From: Syncephalis fuscata S228
Taxonomy: Eukaryota > Fungi > Zoopagomycota
Assembly: GCA_025786725.1 (NCBI GenBank)
Contig: JAHLTZ010000030.1
Span: 124,001-188,000, forward strand
Length of the DNA stretch: 64,000 bases
Reading direction: 5' to 3'
Shown: piece after piece, positions 38,674-51,601 of the stretch
Position numbering within the stretch: the first letter of the stretch is position 1
How the letters are laid out: every line of letters begins with the position of its first letter
The notes under the pieces: generated by a model
Databases searched by the model: none
Seen by the model: the letters and a program-made list of their open reading frames with translations, nothing else
What the model was told of the DNA's origin: nothing
Made by a program: the position numbers and the translations under genes

Positions 38674-39825
38674 ATGTCAGATGATTTTAGTTCAAACTCT
38701 ATTGATGGTGTGACTCCAACAAGATCTCCATTGCCTGGAACTAACCCAATTGGAGACATTATTATGGCAGTTCTATTTCTTATAGTTGGCTGCCTTCACC
38801 TTTGGCGCTACAGCCAGACACATACTAAATACCATGTAGTGATGGCCGGTGCTGTATTAGTCGCTATACTTGCCTATTGCGTAACCTTTGTTGCTGCATA
38901 TAGTTTCAATGCTATAGTGGTAAATTACATGTCACCAGTATTACTTTTTTCAGAGTGGATAATTATGATTATTATTGCGCATTTGACAATATTATGGTAG
39001 GTTATATTTGCTTTTTTGCTTTACTTAATTATCACGCATCCACGTAAATATTGTATCGATATTATAATAGCACGTATTTAACTATATTTTTGCAACAGGA
39101 GTCGCTCTATGGGAAAGGTAATTAACCAACGAGCCCAATTGGTTTATCGATTTGGAATCGGTGGAATAGTTGTCCATAGCATTAGCAGCGCATTGATGAT
39201 TAGCAGTTGGGTCATTTATCTTAATCCTACTACTCTAGCGGCGTTTAAGGCAATACTTATTCTTACTTATCTTGGTTATGGCATAGCTTTAGCATTCAAT
39301 CTTCTCTCAATCTGTTTGTTTATTTGGCAATTTGTGGAAACCAAAAAATATGGTATTCCAGGATTGGGCTTTAAGCGTAGACAACTGCTCGTATTGACAG
39401 TCCATTGCATTTTAATATTCATAGTTGATATGTTCTACTTCCTTGGCCCCGTCAGGGCTGGTCATGTTTTCCATGTTCTTGTTTTGAGTGTCGGTGTCTA
39501 TACACGTGAGGCGTTAACAGGATTTGACGAAGAACCTGTTGTTACCAGTTGCATTCCTGCTGTTATACCCACTGCTGCTTACGATCAACAAACGGTAAAT
39601 ATGATAGATGATCCTAATGTGGTGTTCAAACAGCCTGGTGCTTGTCAACATCATATCGGCACTAAAGAAGCTATTACAACTACTCCAGCTACCGATTCTA
39701 ATGTGCAAACTGCCAGCTTTCCTAAATCTAATACTTCGCCATTTAGTGATGACTATGCTCTTGCGGTTGAGGATCCAGTTTCAAATTCAATCCAAATGTT
39801 GGACCTTATCCACAAAAATAGCTGA
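38674..39825 (+). CDS. Multi-pass (6-7 TM) membrane protein, RTA1-like/7TM, 2 exons
   Basis: Intron ~38997-39098 joins ORFs 38674 and 39109. The first helices IIMAVLFLIVGCLHLWRY..KYHVVM..G resemble the RTA1 N-terminus. Confidence 0.65.
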
Positions 39826-40903
39826 TTTTGAGGCTATTTATGATATATTCGCATTGCATTAACATTGATTAATTCAAATGAATAAACAATAAGGAGCAGC
39901 AGTTTAATATAAAAATGTCTATTTGAAAGTGTGTGCTTTTGCTCAGAGCTTTACCCTATTATGCTTTATTTGTAACTATTGTCTGTTCAAATCCAGCTTT
40001 ACTATTTATGAAAGTGTGTTGTTTTGCTCATCAAGTCATACGCAGCAATAGAACAAACTATATTGTAAATAACATTGCAGTATAAGGAAAATGAAATATG
40101 AAAATAAATAATATATGTATACTAAATACTAAATCTATAATAATGAGTATTTATATCATTTTATTTTGCATTTTATAAAAGCAGTCTACCAATCACATAG
40201 TGTATGATTTATTTCATAACTTCCTTTTTCTCTTTTTTACACTTGATAATATTTATCGATTGTACACATTATGCATTTATATGATATTTAGATAGTGCCA
40301 GTAGCTGACTGATTAATAGTTAGGTGCAAACACATTTTACATTACTCTTTTGTAATTTGACCTTTTCTATTGTATTTTTTTACATACTAATCAACGATTA
40401 ACAAGTAAAAGTTTGCAATGACATTGGATTGCCTTCTATTTTGCTATATCGCATCCTTTTCAATTGTGGCAGTGGCCAATAAGCAGCCAAAGCGAGTGAA
40501 AATCTTTTTATGTCGAATTATTCCATACATTTGCATTTGTATATTGATATTAGTAATAATGACAATAGTGACCACAATACTATTAGAAACAATAAAATTA
40601 AAGATAGCATTTGATTTAGTTGATTTAGTTATAATAATAGTAATTTTATAGATTTTATATAATAACAATAATACAGGTTTATTATTTTTTTGGTAGAGTA
40701 GTAATACCGAAAACAACTAAATAGTGTGTATTTGATTTTATAGTTGGTGTCTGGTTTATAAAACACTGAATCTGTGAGCGATTAAAACTAGTCTCTTTTT
40801 CTCCGTGTTCCACTATCGTTTCCTTTTCTTCTTTCTATTATATAACCATAACCATCAATTGGTGCAGCGATTGCTGCCTGTCTCTCTACATTACTCAGCT
40901 ATT

Positions 40904-41732
40904 ATGGGGCCCAAACCACGCGTAAACACCACTAGTCGAGGTGGCAATTATAGCTCGGCCGCTCATGCTAGTGGCGGCGGAGGCGATACTAGCAATAGTC
41001 ACTCATCAATGCATGCTCATAACACTGGCCATGGCAGTGGCAGTGGCAGTGGCAATACGGGTGGACATGGTGCTGGCAGTGGCGCTACTGCTCGTGGCAA
41101 GGCAAAGCCTCGAGGCAGTAGTCATAGTCATGCGGCTCATGCTATGGAGGATGCTTACGGAGCAAACGGTATGTCTGGAATGGCCAGTGATATGGCAAAT
41201 GGTAGTTATGGTCATAGTGAATTTTTGTCCTCTGCTAATACTGCTGCAGTTAGTGGTAATAGTGCCGTCAATGGCGGTGTAAGCTCAAAATATGATCCAA
41301 AAGGCCAAGCAACTGATCAGGTAAGCCACAAGCCGATTATTGTCTGCTAATGATGCATTAGAATAGTATTAGCACGATTTAGCGTCTATGCAATAATAGC
41401 AAATTAACTAACAAAAATCTAAAAAAACAATAGCTTGATTTTTCAACATTGCCGGCTCCGACATTACGTCGCTATCAACGTGTACATAAGCTGCATTATG
41501 GCAAGGTGCGAGGTGGCCATAGAGAAGATTTGGCCAGTGCTGTTACTAAGCATTTTAACAATCAACTGGTTAATGAACTCGAATCAATTGCCTGGTTTAT
41601 TTATGCCGCTCGTAGTCGAGGCAAGTACTATTTATCGTTTAGCTAACTACTACTTTATTAATATTTTGCATATTTATTTTGCATATTTATTTAGATAATG
41701 AACTTAAATTATCCCAAAAACCGCCGACTTAA
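40904..41732 (+). CDS. SAP30: Sin3/HDAC complex subunit with a SAP30 Sin3-binding domain, 3 exons
   Basis: G/S/H-rich N-terminus, then LDFSTLPAPTLRRYQRVHKL...LASAVTKHFNNQLVNELESIAWFIY. Confidence 0.8.
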
Positions 41733-42380
41733 TCGTAAATCGCTAGCATGTGTATTTCACATTCCGGTTTCACATTGTTTTTAGATTGAACTATACCTTG
41801 ACTCCCACATCTGTCCCCAAAGCACAATTCGTTCCAATCAAAGTCATGCCGTTATGATGCACAACATAGTTATATCGATTTCTATTAAAATATTGTTAAT
41901 AAATTGATTTGAATAAACAATGTAACATACTATTTGATTTTTTGAAACATTTGAGGCCGATTATTATTATTATTGTTGTTGCTGGTCATGTGTAGAAAGA
42001 TTGATCGGATATTAATAAAAGCCATATGATTGCAATTCCATATCGTTCTTCATTAGTTCTGTTGCCTGTTTGTCATACTGCACATCAAATTGTTGTATGG
42101 TCTATTTCTTTTCTATCTTGTTTCTGTTTACTTGAACCACGTTCGCATATTATAATAATCATATTTAATAATTGCAATTATTTTTAATTCATTTCACACA
42201 CACACGCACGCAATAAATATATTCATTTGATACATTCAATTAAACTAATTGATTTATAAATCAGAATTTACGTTGAGCTATAAAAGTAAGGGGTAATAAA
42301 GAAGAAGCCAGCTAAATACAAAAATCTCGCCTAAACACACACATGCATACGACGTATTCTATGTACAAGTATGGTCTCGA

Positions 42381-44605
42381 TTATTGAGGTGGACCAAGTA
42401 CCATTTCATGAAGCGCCTTGCCAGCCGGTACCATCGGGTAGACGTGCTCGCTTGGATCACACATAGCTTCAAGCACCACAGGTCCATCGTGATTCAAGAA
42501 CTCGGCCATTATTTGTGGTAGTTCGGCTTGGCTACGAACACGTAGACCGCGACAGCCCATAGATTCGGCCAATAGAACAAAGTCTGGATTGCGCATAGGT
42601 GTGCCAGAATAGCGTTCTTCGTAGAATAAATCCTGCCATTGCTTAACCATACCTTGGAAGTCGTTGTTAAGCACGAGGGCTTTTACGCCAATGTTATACT
42701 GTGATGCGGTGGCCAATTCCATAGCCGTCATACTAAATGATGCATCACCATCAATGTCAATGACCATTTTTTCTGGTTGGGCCACTTTAGCACCAATGGC
42801 GGCCGGTAAGCCGTAGCCCATTGTGCCTAGCCCGCCCGAAGTGACCATAGTGCGTGGATGACGCCAGCGATAGTATTGAGCTGCCCACATTTGATGCTGG
42901 CCAACACCCGTGGAAAGAATGACATTTTCTTTGCAGTGGGCCAATTGACGATTCATTTCGGCCAAGACGGCTTGTGGCTTTAGTCGTGCAGTGACTTCAT
43001 CACTCGCATGTGGCTTATATGTGAATGGATATTTCTGCTTCCACTCGGTTACTTGGTTAAACCAATCACGACGTTCGGCGTGTTGAAGCAACGGTAGTAG
43101 GCGTGCAACATTGACAGTCACGTCGCCTTCAACCGCCTCGGTTGCTTGCACAACTTTGTTAATATTCTTTGGCATAATTTCAAAGTGAATAATGCCACCA
43201 CGACCTTGTTCAGCTGCCAAGCGAGCTTGTGGAGCAAATCCTATATCGTATCAATATTAGTATTAATAAAATACGCTTTCGTATTCATTATAACTTACGG
43301 TTAACATCGCCTGTTACACGATCATCAAAACGAGCACCCAATGCAATGACAACATCGGCCTCTTGCATGGCCAGGTTAGCATATGCACTGCCATGCATAC
43401 CTAGCATATGCAAACTACGTGGATCTTCTTCGTCAAAGGCACCTAGCCCCATGAGCGTGGTAGTAACTGGGATATTGGCCTGATCGACCAATTGACGTAG
43501 CAATTGAGGACCTTGCTCGTTTGCTAGCATACCTTGGCCTACGTAAAGCAACGGACGTTTTGCGGCATTAATAAGCTTGGCCGCTCGTAGAATCGATTCA
43601 TGAACGCTTTGCTCGCCCGCTTCCATTCTCGAATTAGCTGTGGAGAATGGTGCTGGACGGGAGGGAATAGCACGAGGTGGCGGAATTGGCTTATTGAGAA
43701 TAGCTGCTGTCACGTTTTTGGGTAAATCTACCAATACTGGACCTGGTCTACCTGTTGTGGCAATCTGGAATGCTTCATCGATACGAAGTGGCAGATCGGC
43801 AATATCTTTTACCATAACATTCCACTATTAATATAGTCATTATATATTAATACTATTATAAGCCAAATCATAAATATGCTTACCTTGGTACAAGCACGTG
43901 AAATGCCAACAATGTCGGCTTCTTGGAATGCATCTGTGCCGATTGACGACGTAGGCACTTGACCGCAAAATACTACTAGTGGCGTACCGTCCGAGTAGGC
44001 ATCCTGCATAGCCGTAACGACATTGGTAGCACCAGGACCTGAGGTAACTAGAACAACACCTGGTTTACCACTATAAACATATTATTATCATTATTATTAT
44101 TATTAGTTAATCAAATAAAGTTAAGTGTTGTATCTACTCACCTTGCCCGTGCATAACCTTCGGCCATATGGCCAGCTCCTTGTTCATGGCGTGGCAGCAC
44201 GAAATCAAAGTGTTTCGACTGGTAGATGGCATCAAATACGGGTAGAATAGCACCACCCGGATAACCAAAGACGTGCTTAACATTATGGCGTAGCATCATC
44301 TCGTGAAATATCTGACCACCAGACATGCCAATGAAGCTAGTATCTTCCGCTTCAATCTTGGACGTAAAAGATGTATTATTCAGCTTAATAGGTGCTGGTG
44401 CTTTAGCCATTGTCGCCGCTGCCGGTGCTGTAGACGACGGCTTTAGCGCAGTGGCCGTTGCATCTCGAGACGTCGATTGCCAGCGCAAAGCCGATACGGC
44501 CAACGACTTGTTTGCTACGCTATTAGCCGTTGCCGCACATACACGACGTTGGCCTAGCGCAGAGCCACACCGAGCCGTACGAGATAGCTGACGCACAGAT
44601 AACAT
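42381..44605 (-). CDS. ILV2: Acetolactate synthase catalytic subunit, mitochondrial; 4 exons
   Basis: [88 protein letters not shown], ThDP motif GDASF..NN. Confidence 0.97.
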
Positions 44606-45888
44606 AGTAAAAGACGTGACTCAAGTAAGTAAGACTAATCAGTAAAAGAAGTCAAAAGATTACAAAATAATAGGCGGAAATAGATAGGCAAACAGTTGCG
44701 CTATTTAACTATTATACTCAAGGATTAACACTGCCAATAACTATTATTATAAATCCTATTGGTGAAACACCTGCATATATTATACGTACGTAGGTGGTAT
44801 AGAGGTATATAGTGAACAGCAGGATATGCGTGAATCAAACGTAGGCGTGCGTGTGTGTCTGTGTCTGTCTGTGTACTTTGCAAATACTGCTCATAAATAC
44901 CAATATTTATTTAGAATTTGCTGATGGCTGATGATCTTTGCTGATTGGTTAGATCTTATCAAATTTGCCTGGGTGTGAGCATGTGCGGTGTGTGTGTATG
45001 TATTGGCATATGTGTGTGACTCGGATAACACCATTCAAGTCATGCGAAGATGGATCATCTTGTTTTTACCAAAATGGTTTTATACCAATCATTATCAAGT
45101 ATGAAAGGCGACGGATCAATTGGTTTACTCGTCATTGTTGTCAAATCGTCACGTTTAATTATGAGATAGCACGTCGTTAACAATAAGCTATGCTTAAAAT
45201 AGATAAAAAAACAAGTAGTAATTAGCTGTAACATAATGCGTATTCGATTGTTTAATTAATGAAAAAACACTGGTTTATGTATTATCTGTTTGTTTGCTAT
45301 ACTTATATTGGTATTAGTATTTAATAGCGCTGTTAACAATAGCAATCACCTGGTTATTAGTCGTGTGATGAGTGTAAACCTGGCGTTGAGTTATTAAATG
45401 GTCTAGATTGCCGGCTAATAGTTGCTGATTAGTTAGGCGTGTGCTGTGAATTCCAGTCAGGTGTGCAATTCAAGATCCGTTAATCACTATTTGCCCACGA
45501 ACGTGTAAAAATAACCGCTGATGAGATTAAACATCAGTGATGCAATCGTTGATTAGTTCAATGGGGGAAAAGGCCATACACACATACAGCAGACACACGA
45601 TAACAGATGATCAGTGGTTCTTTAAATGGAAACCTTAACACTGATTGGATGAATACTATCGTCTTTACGCGTCTTTGGTGTGATACCGCCTATTTTTCCA
45701 TCTTGTGTATACACACGCCGAAACATTGACCTCAGCAAGTTACTGCTTTTAAAAACCGGCGCGTTGTCCATTCATCGCCGGTCTTTCCTTCAACAACTAC
45801 TGCGAATATTACTATCTGTTTTTTTACTTTTAACCTTTAAAGCCTTTATTACTTGACTATCTACGCTACTACAACTAGTACCACTGCT
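44606..45888. promoter_or_regulatory. Bidirectional intergenic region shared by ILV2 and ILV5, with TGACTCA (44617-44623) and TGACTC (45017-45022)
   Basis: Head-to-head gene orientation; the motifs are visible in the sequence. Confidence 0.55.
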
Positions 45889-47172
45889 ATGGCTTCCTTT
45901 GCTCGTCAGCTTCTACGTTCGGCGCCACGTACAACGGCCACCTTGACTTCCCGTGTCGCTGCTCGTGCCACACTTACCACACTTGCTCGCCGTTCAACTC
46001 TGCAAGCCGTGTCGCGTCGTGCTCCTGTTGCTGCCATCGGTTCGGTAAGTAGAAGCCGCGTTAATACTGGTCCGACAACTATATTTACTTATGTTTTGAC
46101 TATTATTTTCATAATAGGTACGCACTTTTAAAACACTCGACTTTGGCGGTACCAAAGAAGTCGTTTACGAACGATCGATTATCCAAATGAGAAGCTTAAG
46201 AAAATCTTTGCTCAAGATACACTTGCCGTGATCGGCTATGGTCCTCAGGGCCGTGGTCAATCGCTCAACTTGCGCGACAATGGCCTTAATGTTGTTGTAG
46301 GCGTGCGTAAAGACGGTCGCTCCTGGAAACAAGCCGTTGAAGAAGGCTGGACACCCGGTAAGAACCTTTTCGAAATTGAAGAGGCTTGCTCGCGCGGTAC
46401 CGTCATCATGAATCTACTTTCTGATGCGGCCCAGACTCAATTGTGGTCAACAGTGAAGAAATATCTTACAAAGGGCAAAACCCTTTACTTCAGCCACGGC
46501 TTCTCTGTTGTCTATCACGATCAGACAAAGATTACGCCACCAGCAGACATTGATGTCGTCCTCGTAGCGCCTAAGGGATCTGGATTTACGGTCCGTCGTC
46601 TCTTTGAACAAGGCCGTGGTATCAACTCGTCGTATGCCGTCTACCAAGATGTATCTGGCCAGGCTAGCGAGCGTGCCCGTGCTCTAGGCATTGCCGTCGG
46701 CAGTGGCTATCTCTACGAGACGACCTTTGAAAAGGAAGTCTACTCGGATTTGGCTGGTGAGCGTGGTGCGTTGATGGGTGGTATTTACGGCCTATTCCTC
46801 GCTCAGTATGAAGTATTGCGCGCACGTGGTCACTCGCCATCCGAAGCGTTTAATGAGACTGTCGAAGAGGCAACTCAATCGCTCTATCCACTCATTGGTG
46901 AAAAGGGCATGGACTGGATGTACTCGAACTGCTCGACCACTGCTCAACGTGGTGCTCTCGACTGGTACCGTCCATTCCACGACGCATGCAAGCCAGTGTT
47001 TGAACGTCTATATGATCAAGTAGAAAATGGTGCCGAAACACGCCGTAGTCTCGTTGAGAACTCACGTCCCGACTACCGTGAACGTTTGGAGGCTGAGCTC
47101 AAGGAGATTGACGAGCATGAGATGTGGCGTGCTGGCAAGACTGTGCGCAGTCTTCGCCCAGAGAATCAATAA
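45889..47172 (+). CDS. ILV5: Ketol-acid reductoisomerase, mitochondrial; 2 exons
   Basis: R/A/T-rich presequence; intron 46045-46117; LDFGGTKEVVYER; IGYGPQGRGQSLNLRDNG; SHGF; VAPKGSG; EVYSDLAGERG; NCSTTAQRGALDW; VRSLRPENQ*. One apparent 1-nt deletion at ~46177. Confidence 0.96.
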
Positions 47173-47423
47173 GGTTCATGTCGGTTCTATTTCTACTACT
47201 TCTACTACTGTCACTTTCTTCGTCATTTCATTGATCTTTATTCAAAATTCCCAATAAACAACACTTGTAGATGGCCAACTATAATGATAAATACGATTAT
47301 AAATGGTATTTTTGTTTGATAATAACAACACACATTCAATAGATTCATAAATGATTAAAAACAAAGCCAATTTACATCAGATAATTAAATTGTTAATAAT
47401 TTATATCAGTAACTATTTGGTTT

Positions 47424-48445
47424 TTATTAACAATCCAATGTGATTTAGTGGTCAAATGACTGAACTTGATAACATTCGCGTAACTGAACTAGAAAGTCGT
47501 TCTATTGAACATGGGACTGGATGGTGAGTTTTATTGATGGATCACATCATTTAATCCATTATCACTTGGGGTGCCAAATGACTACATTTAATAACAGTTG
47601 CGTAATTGAACTAAACATTTGTTCCATGAACATGAGGATGGGTGGTGAGTGGTGTCAAGGATCAAAATACTTATTATTGTAGCTTTACTATTCAGCACGA
47701 GTATATTTAGTATGCATATATCCAATATACACATATATCTATTATTTACGCATATATCTATTATTTACGCATACCATCCCCGTTGTATATCCCAACTACT
47801 ATATACCAGTCTACGAGATACTAAACATAATTTATTCACTGTATATTTCAATAAACTCTACTCATTCCAGTCATTGCGCTATATATACTGTAGCTTTCTC
47901 CTTGCTATTCGTACACTACTTATTGTATATATATATATATCCTATTACATATACTTCTACTGTATAGTAGCCATGTACTGTTCAGAACTGTTGTTCTTTT
48001 GTCGCTAGCTCTAATATTTATAAGTTTCAACTTATTCCGACTCAACATTCTATAATGAGTCGAGTTTTATAACCATTAAAGTCAGAGCCAAACAAACAAC
48101 AATTTTGAATAAAGGTTTGCCACAATACAACAAAATAGTATGAAATAAAACAAATACATAGTAGGAAAGTATAGGCCATAGTAATGAAGTTATAGTACAT
48201 ATAACGCGATGACTGGAAGGAATAAAGGCTATTAAACTATATAGTAAATAAATTGTATTTAACATATCGTATAATGCTATATAGTAGTATAGACATACAT
48301 TGTTGGCGATATAGGTGAATAGAGGATATATGCATACTGGATAATGAATCTACAATGATGAGTATTTTGATGATTGATGTCACTCACCACCCATCATCAT
48401 GTTCAATAGATTTGAATGTTATTAAATTTAGTCATTTGGCCACCA
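47424..48445. mobile_element. Non-autonomous TIR element, family C; direct copy at 54791-55705
   Basis: Starts TGGTCAAATGACT and ends AGTCATTTGGCCA, with imperfect sub-terminal inverted repeats. About 930 bp are near-identical to 54791-55705. Confidence 0.75.
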
Positions 48446-51400
48446 AAAAATAATAATTAATTAAAAGATCCGGTTAGTGATTAAAATAGTATTATTAATC
48501 CGTTCAATATTAAAAGTCATTTATTTACATTGTGTATTTTATACTAATTTAATTCGTAAATCAGTATTATTGGGGTTGTTTACCTTATCCTTTTACTTAT
48601 TAATTCGATGGTTTGACAAACGACGGCTAAATAGTTATAGCTATGTGCATGCATATACATCATTGCTGCATGCACCACTATTATTCCCAGCATTATTGAT
48701 ATGCTAGCCGTAAGGCAAATCATTTAAAACAAATGCACAGGTAAATGGCAAATCTTGCCGGAAAAGGCGCTGCCCATGAAATCATCTAGGCCAATAGCAC
48801 ATTGTGTACATGGGTACACGCATTATACATTGTATAGAAAATCGCTCAAATCACTAGAATATCAGTATAAATGCAAACAAGGGCCTGCCATATGGCAAAT
48901 GCTCTTCGATACAAGGTCGATGAAGAACAAGAAGCGAGGAGAGAAAGGAGAAAATCAAGGAACTCATATGAAGGATTCGCCATGATTATCCTCTATTATT
49001 ATTATGGTTTTATGTCTGCTACTGCCACCTGGCTAGTCAGTCATTGCATGCAAACCAGTATCCATTTGAAACATGCCATTTTTATAATCTACTGTTCTGA
49101 ATTCGTGTTACAGTGTGCACATCCCGTATGAATGCGGCTATGCCATGCGATCTTCCATGCTTTCAACCACCGTGTCGCTGGTCAGTGAGCAAGTGAGCCT
49201 ATACGATTACTACAGAAGAGGAGTATCACTACTGAACCATGTGGCAGTATATTTGCATCGTGGCCAATGACTGATATCGGAAGAATAATACAGCAACTGC
49301 TATTTTATAGAATAAACACACGACCATAGCAATCATAAATTATCCGAGTCTAATAAATTACCATGAACTATTATCGGTGACATTTAGCCATGGTCATGGC
49401 AACTATCGTTATCGCTACTACATTGAATTGTAACGTATTTATCAATGATTAAATTCCTTTTATTATCGTAATCTAATTAACAAATAATAAAAAATATTAC
49501 AAACAACATTGCTACTTCTGGCGCGTCATTTCTCTTGCACAAGACTTTGGAGGTGTACCATGATATTTGCATATTACCGCAGATAACATAGCGTAGATAG
49601 CACGGGTAGCGACAGGTCGATAAGCGCGAGTAGTATGCATACACACGACGAAGGATGATACTTGCTTGCTTTGCTTTGCTCGCTTGCCCTGGCCTGTCGC
49701 CTTGTCACGCCTTTCCCCTGCTCCCACTCGCTCTTCTGTTCTATTATCTCTGCTCTATTACAAGGTTGTATCGCTGCTTTCCTTTCTTGCTCATTCAATT
49801 GTGCCTGTTTATTTTACTCTTTCTGTCCGAATGGTCAGTGACACCTACACGCATCTACACAGATCACACTAGGCGCGCTCTCACTCACTCACTCACTCAT
49901 TCATTCATTCAGTCTTACTCCCCTTTTCTCCTCGTCTCCACACCTCTCCATTGTTATTCCATCTGTATTCAATCTATTCGCTAAAACAATACACGCTCAC
50001 ACATTCACACACTCACACAACTATCCGCACTCACACTCACCTGCACACACTCACACACCTCATTCTCCCTTTATACAATCTCGTCGCACTTGCACATTCT
50101 GTTTTCTACAGACTCCATCGCTGCTTGCTGCCACGGCCAAAAAGACTTATTTGCTTTTCCTTGTTCGCCGTTTACATACACCTGCCCCTTTTCTCTTACT
50201 TGGTTTCCTCATCCTTTTCACGCAACGTAGACGAACGTACGCATACGATCCAGCTTTCTCTCTCTCACTCTCGGTGCTTCTGTGTTCACATCTACAAGAT
50301 CAGAACACTATTTGCGTGTCTCAATTCTTTCGTAGTCTTTTGTCATTCCTCATACACTGCGTTTCATTAATTGAGTATTTAGTACGTGTGTGTGTGCTCT
50401 TAGTGTTCTTTATATTTTGATTTGCTTCTCTCTACTATCCACATTATTACTTAGTGATTGTGATACTAGTAGCTGAATAATCGTATATACACTTTTTATT
50501 ACCCCATTGAATTATTCACTCTCAATTTATTTACCACCACACACATTCATCGACCAACTCACCACACGCACACTATAAACAACCTACTCGGTACGGCTCT
50601 TTACACGCTTCTATTTTCCACGCTCTAGTTGCACTTACCGTTTCCCATACTCTCTTCTATCCTACTATCTGCCCTCACTATTATACAACCGCGAACGCTT
50701 TACGCCACTTGTTGACGCACCGCGTTCCAGTGATTGGCCTAGTATTCCCCGCAATTGCTGTATACAACACCTGGATTTCACGTGTACTTTTGACTCCGCT
50801 ACCGTTGGTGTTATTGACTGTCGTTTGTTTTTTTTTTCACTCGTCGGTACACCTTTCTCGTAGCCATATTAGCAACGTGCCTCAACACTAATTTTGTTAT
50901 ATTATTATTATTGTTGTTGTTGCTGTTGCCGTTATTTTGTCCTACCAGTATTTTTTACCTGTGTAGTACATTTTGCGATTCCGTGTAGTCACACTCGTGT
51001 ATCTGTGTGTTGACTGCGTCCACGTTATCGTACTGCGAGTCACGCTATATAATAATATATATAGTGACATATAGCACACACATATCTATCTTTACACACA
51101 TACGCTCTCCAACCGGTATACACATCTCACGCCCTTCTATCTTCTTCTTTCTTTCACCTCGCTGGTCCTCTATTTACGCACCATTATACAAACGCTTGGC
51201 AGAGATATTATTATATCCTGCTTGTTATTAGTTTCACTACTATATTTGCTAACGTTGCGTGCCTTTCATTCCTCTACATCACGCTTTGCTTTGTCTTCTT
51301 TGGTCTTTGGCTATACGGCACCGTACTAAACATACAACGACACTACTACTACCGCCACTACTACCACCACCACTACTACTATTGTCGGTCTAGTGTCAGT

Positions 51401-51601
51401 GCGACTCTATACTCCATCGTCTATTCACGTTTCTCTATTCATTCTATTATCCACTAGTTTATCACCATTATTTCTCGTATACAAGCTCTTATTATACAGT
51501 TAGTGCTGGCCATTATTATCCTATTTGACGCCCTTTATTATTACCTATCCTTCACGTTTATTCGTGTCTGTTATTATATATTACATCCCGTTCGAAACAA
51601 C

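Noticed and set aside
20153-47172. Recent horizontal transfer of a bacterial ilv-leu operon
   Set aside because: The genes have spliceosomal introns, the ILV proteins have fungal-type sequences and mitochondrial presequences, and orientations are mixed. Only the dehydratase domain's origin remains open.
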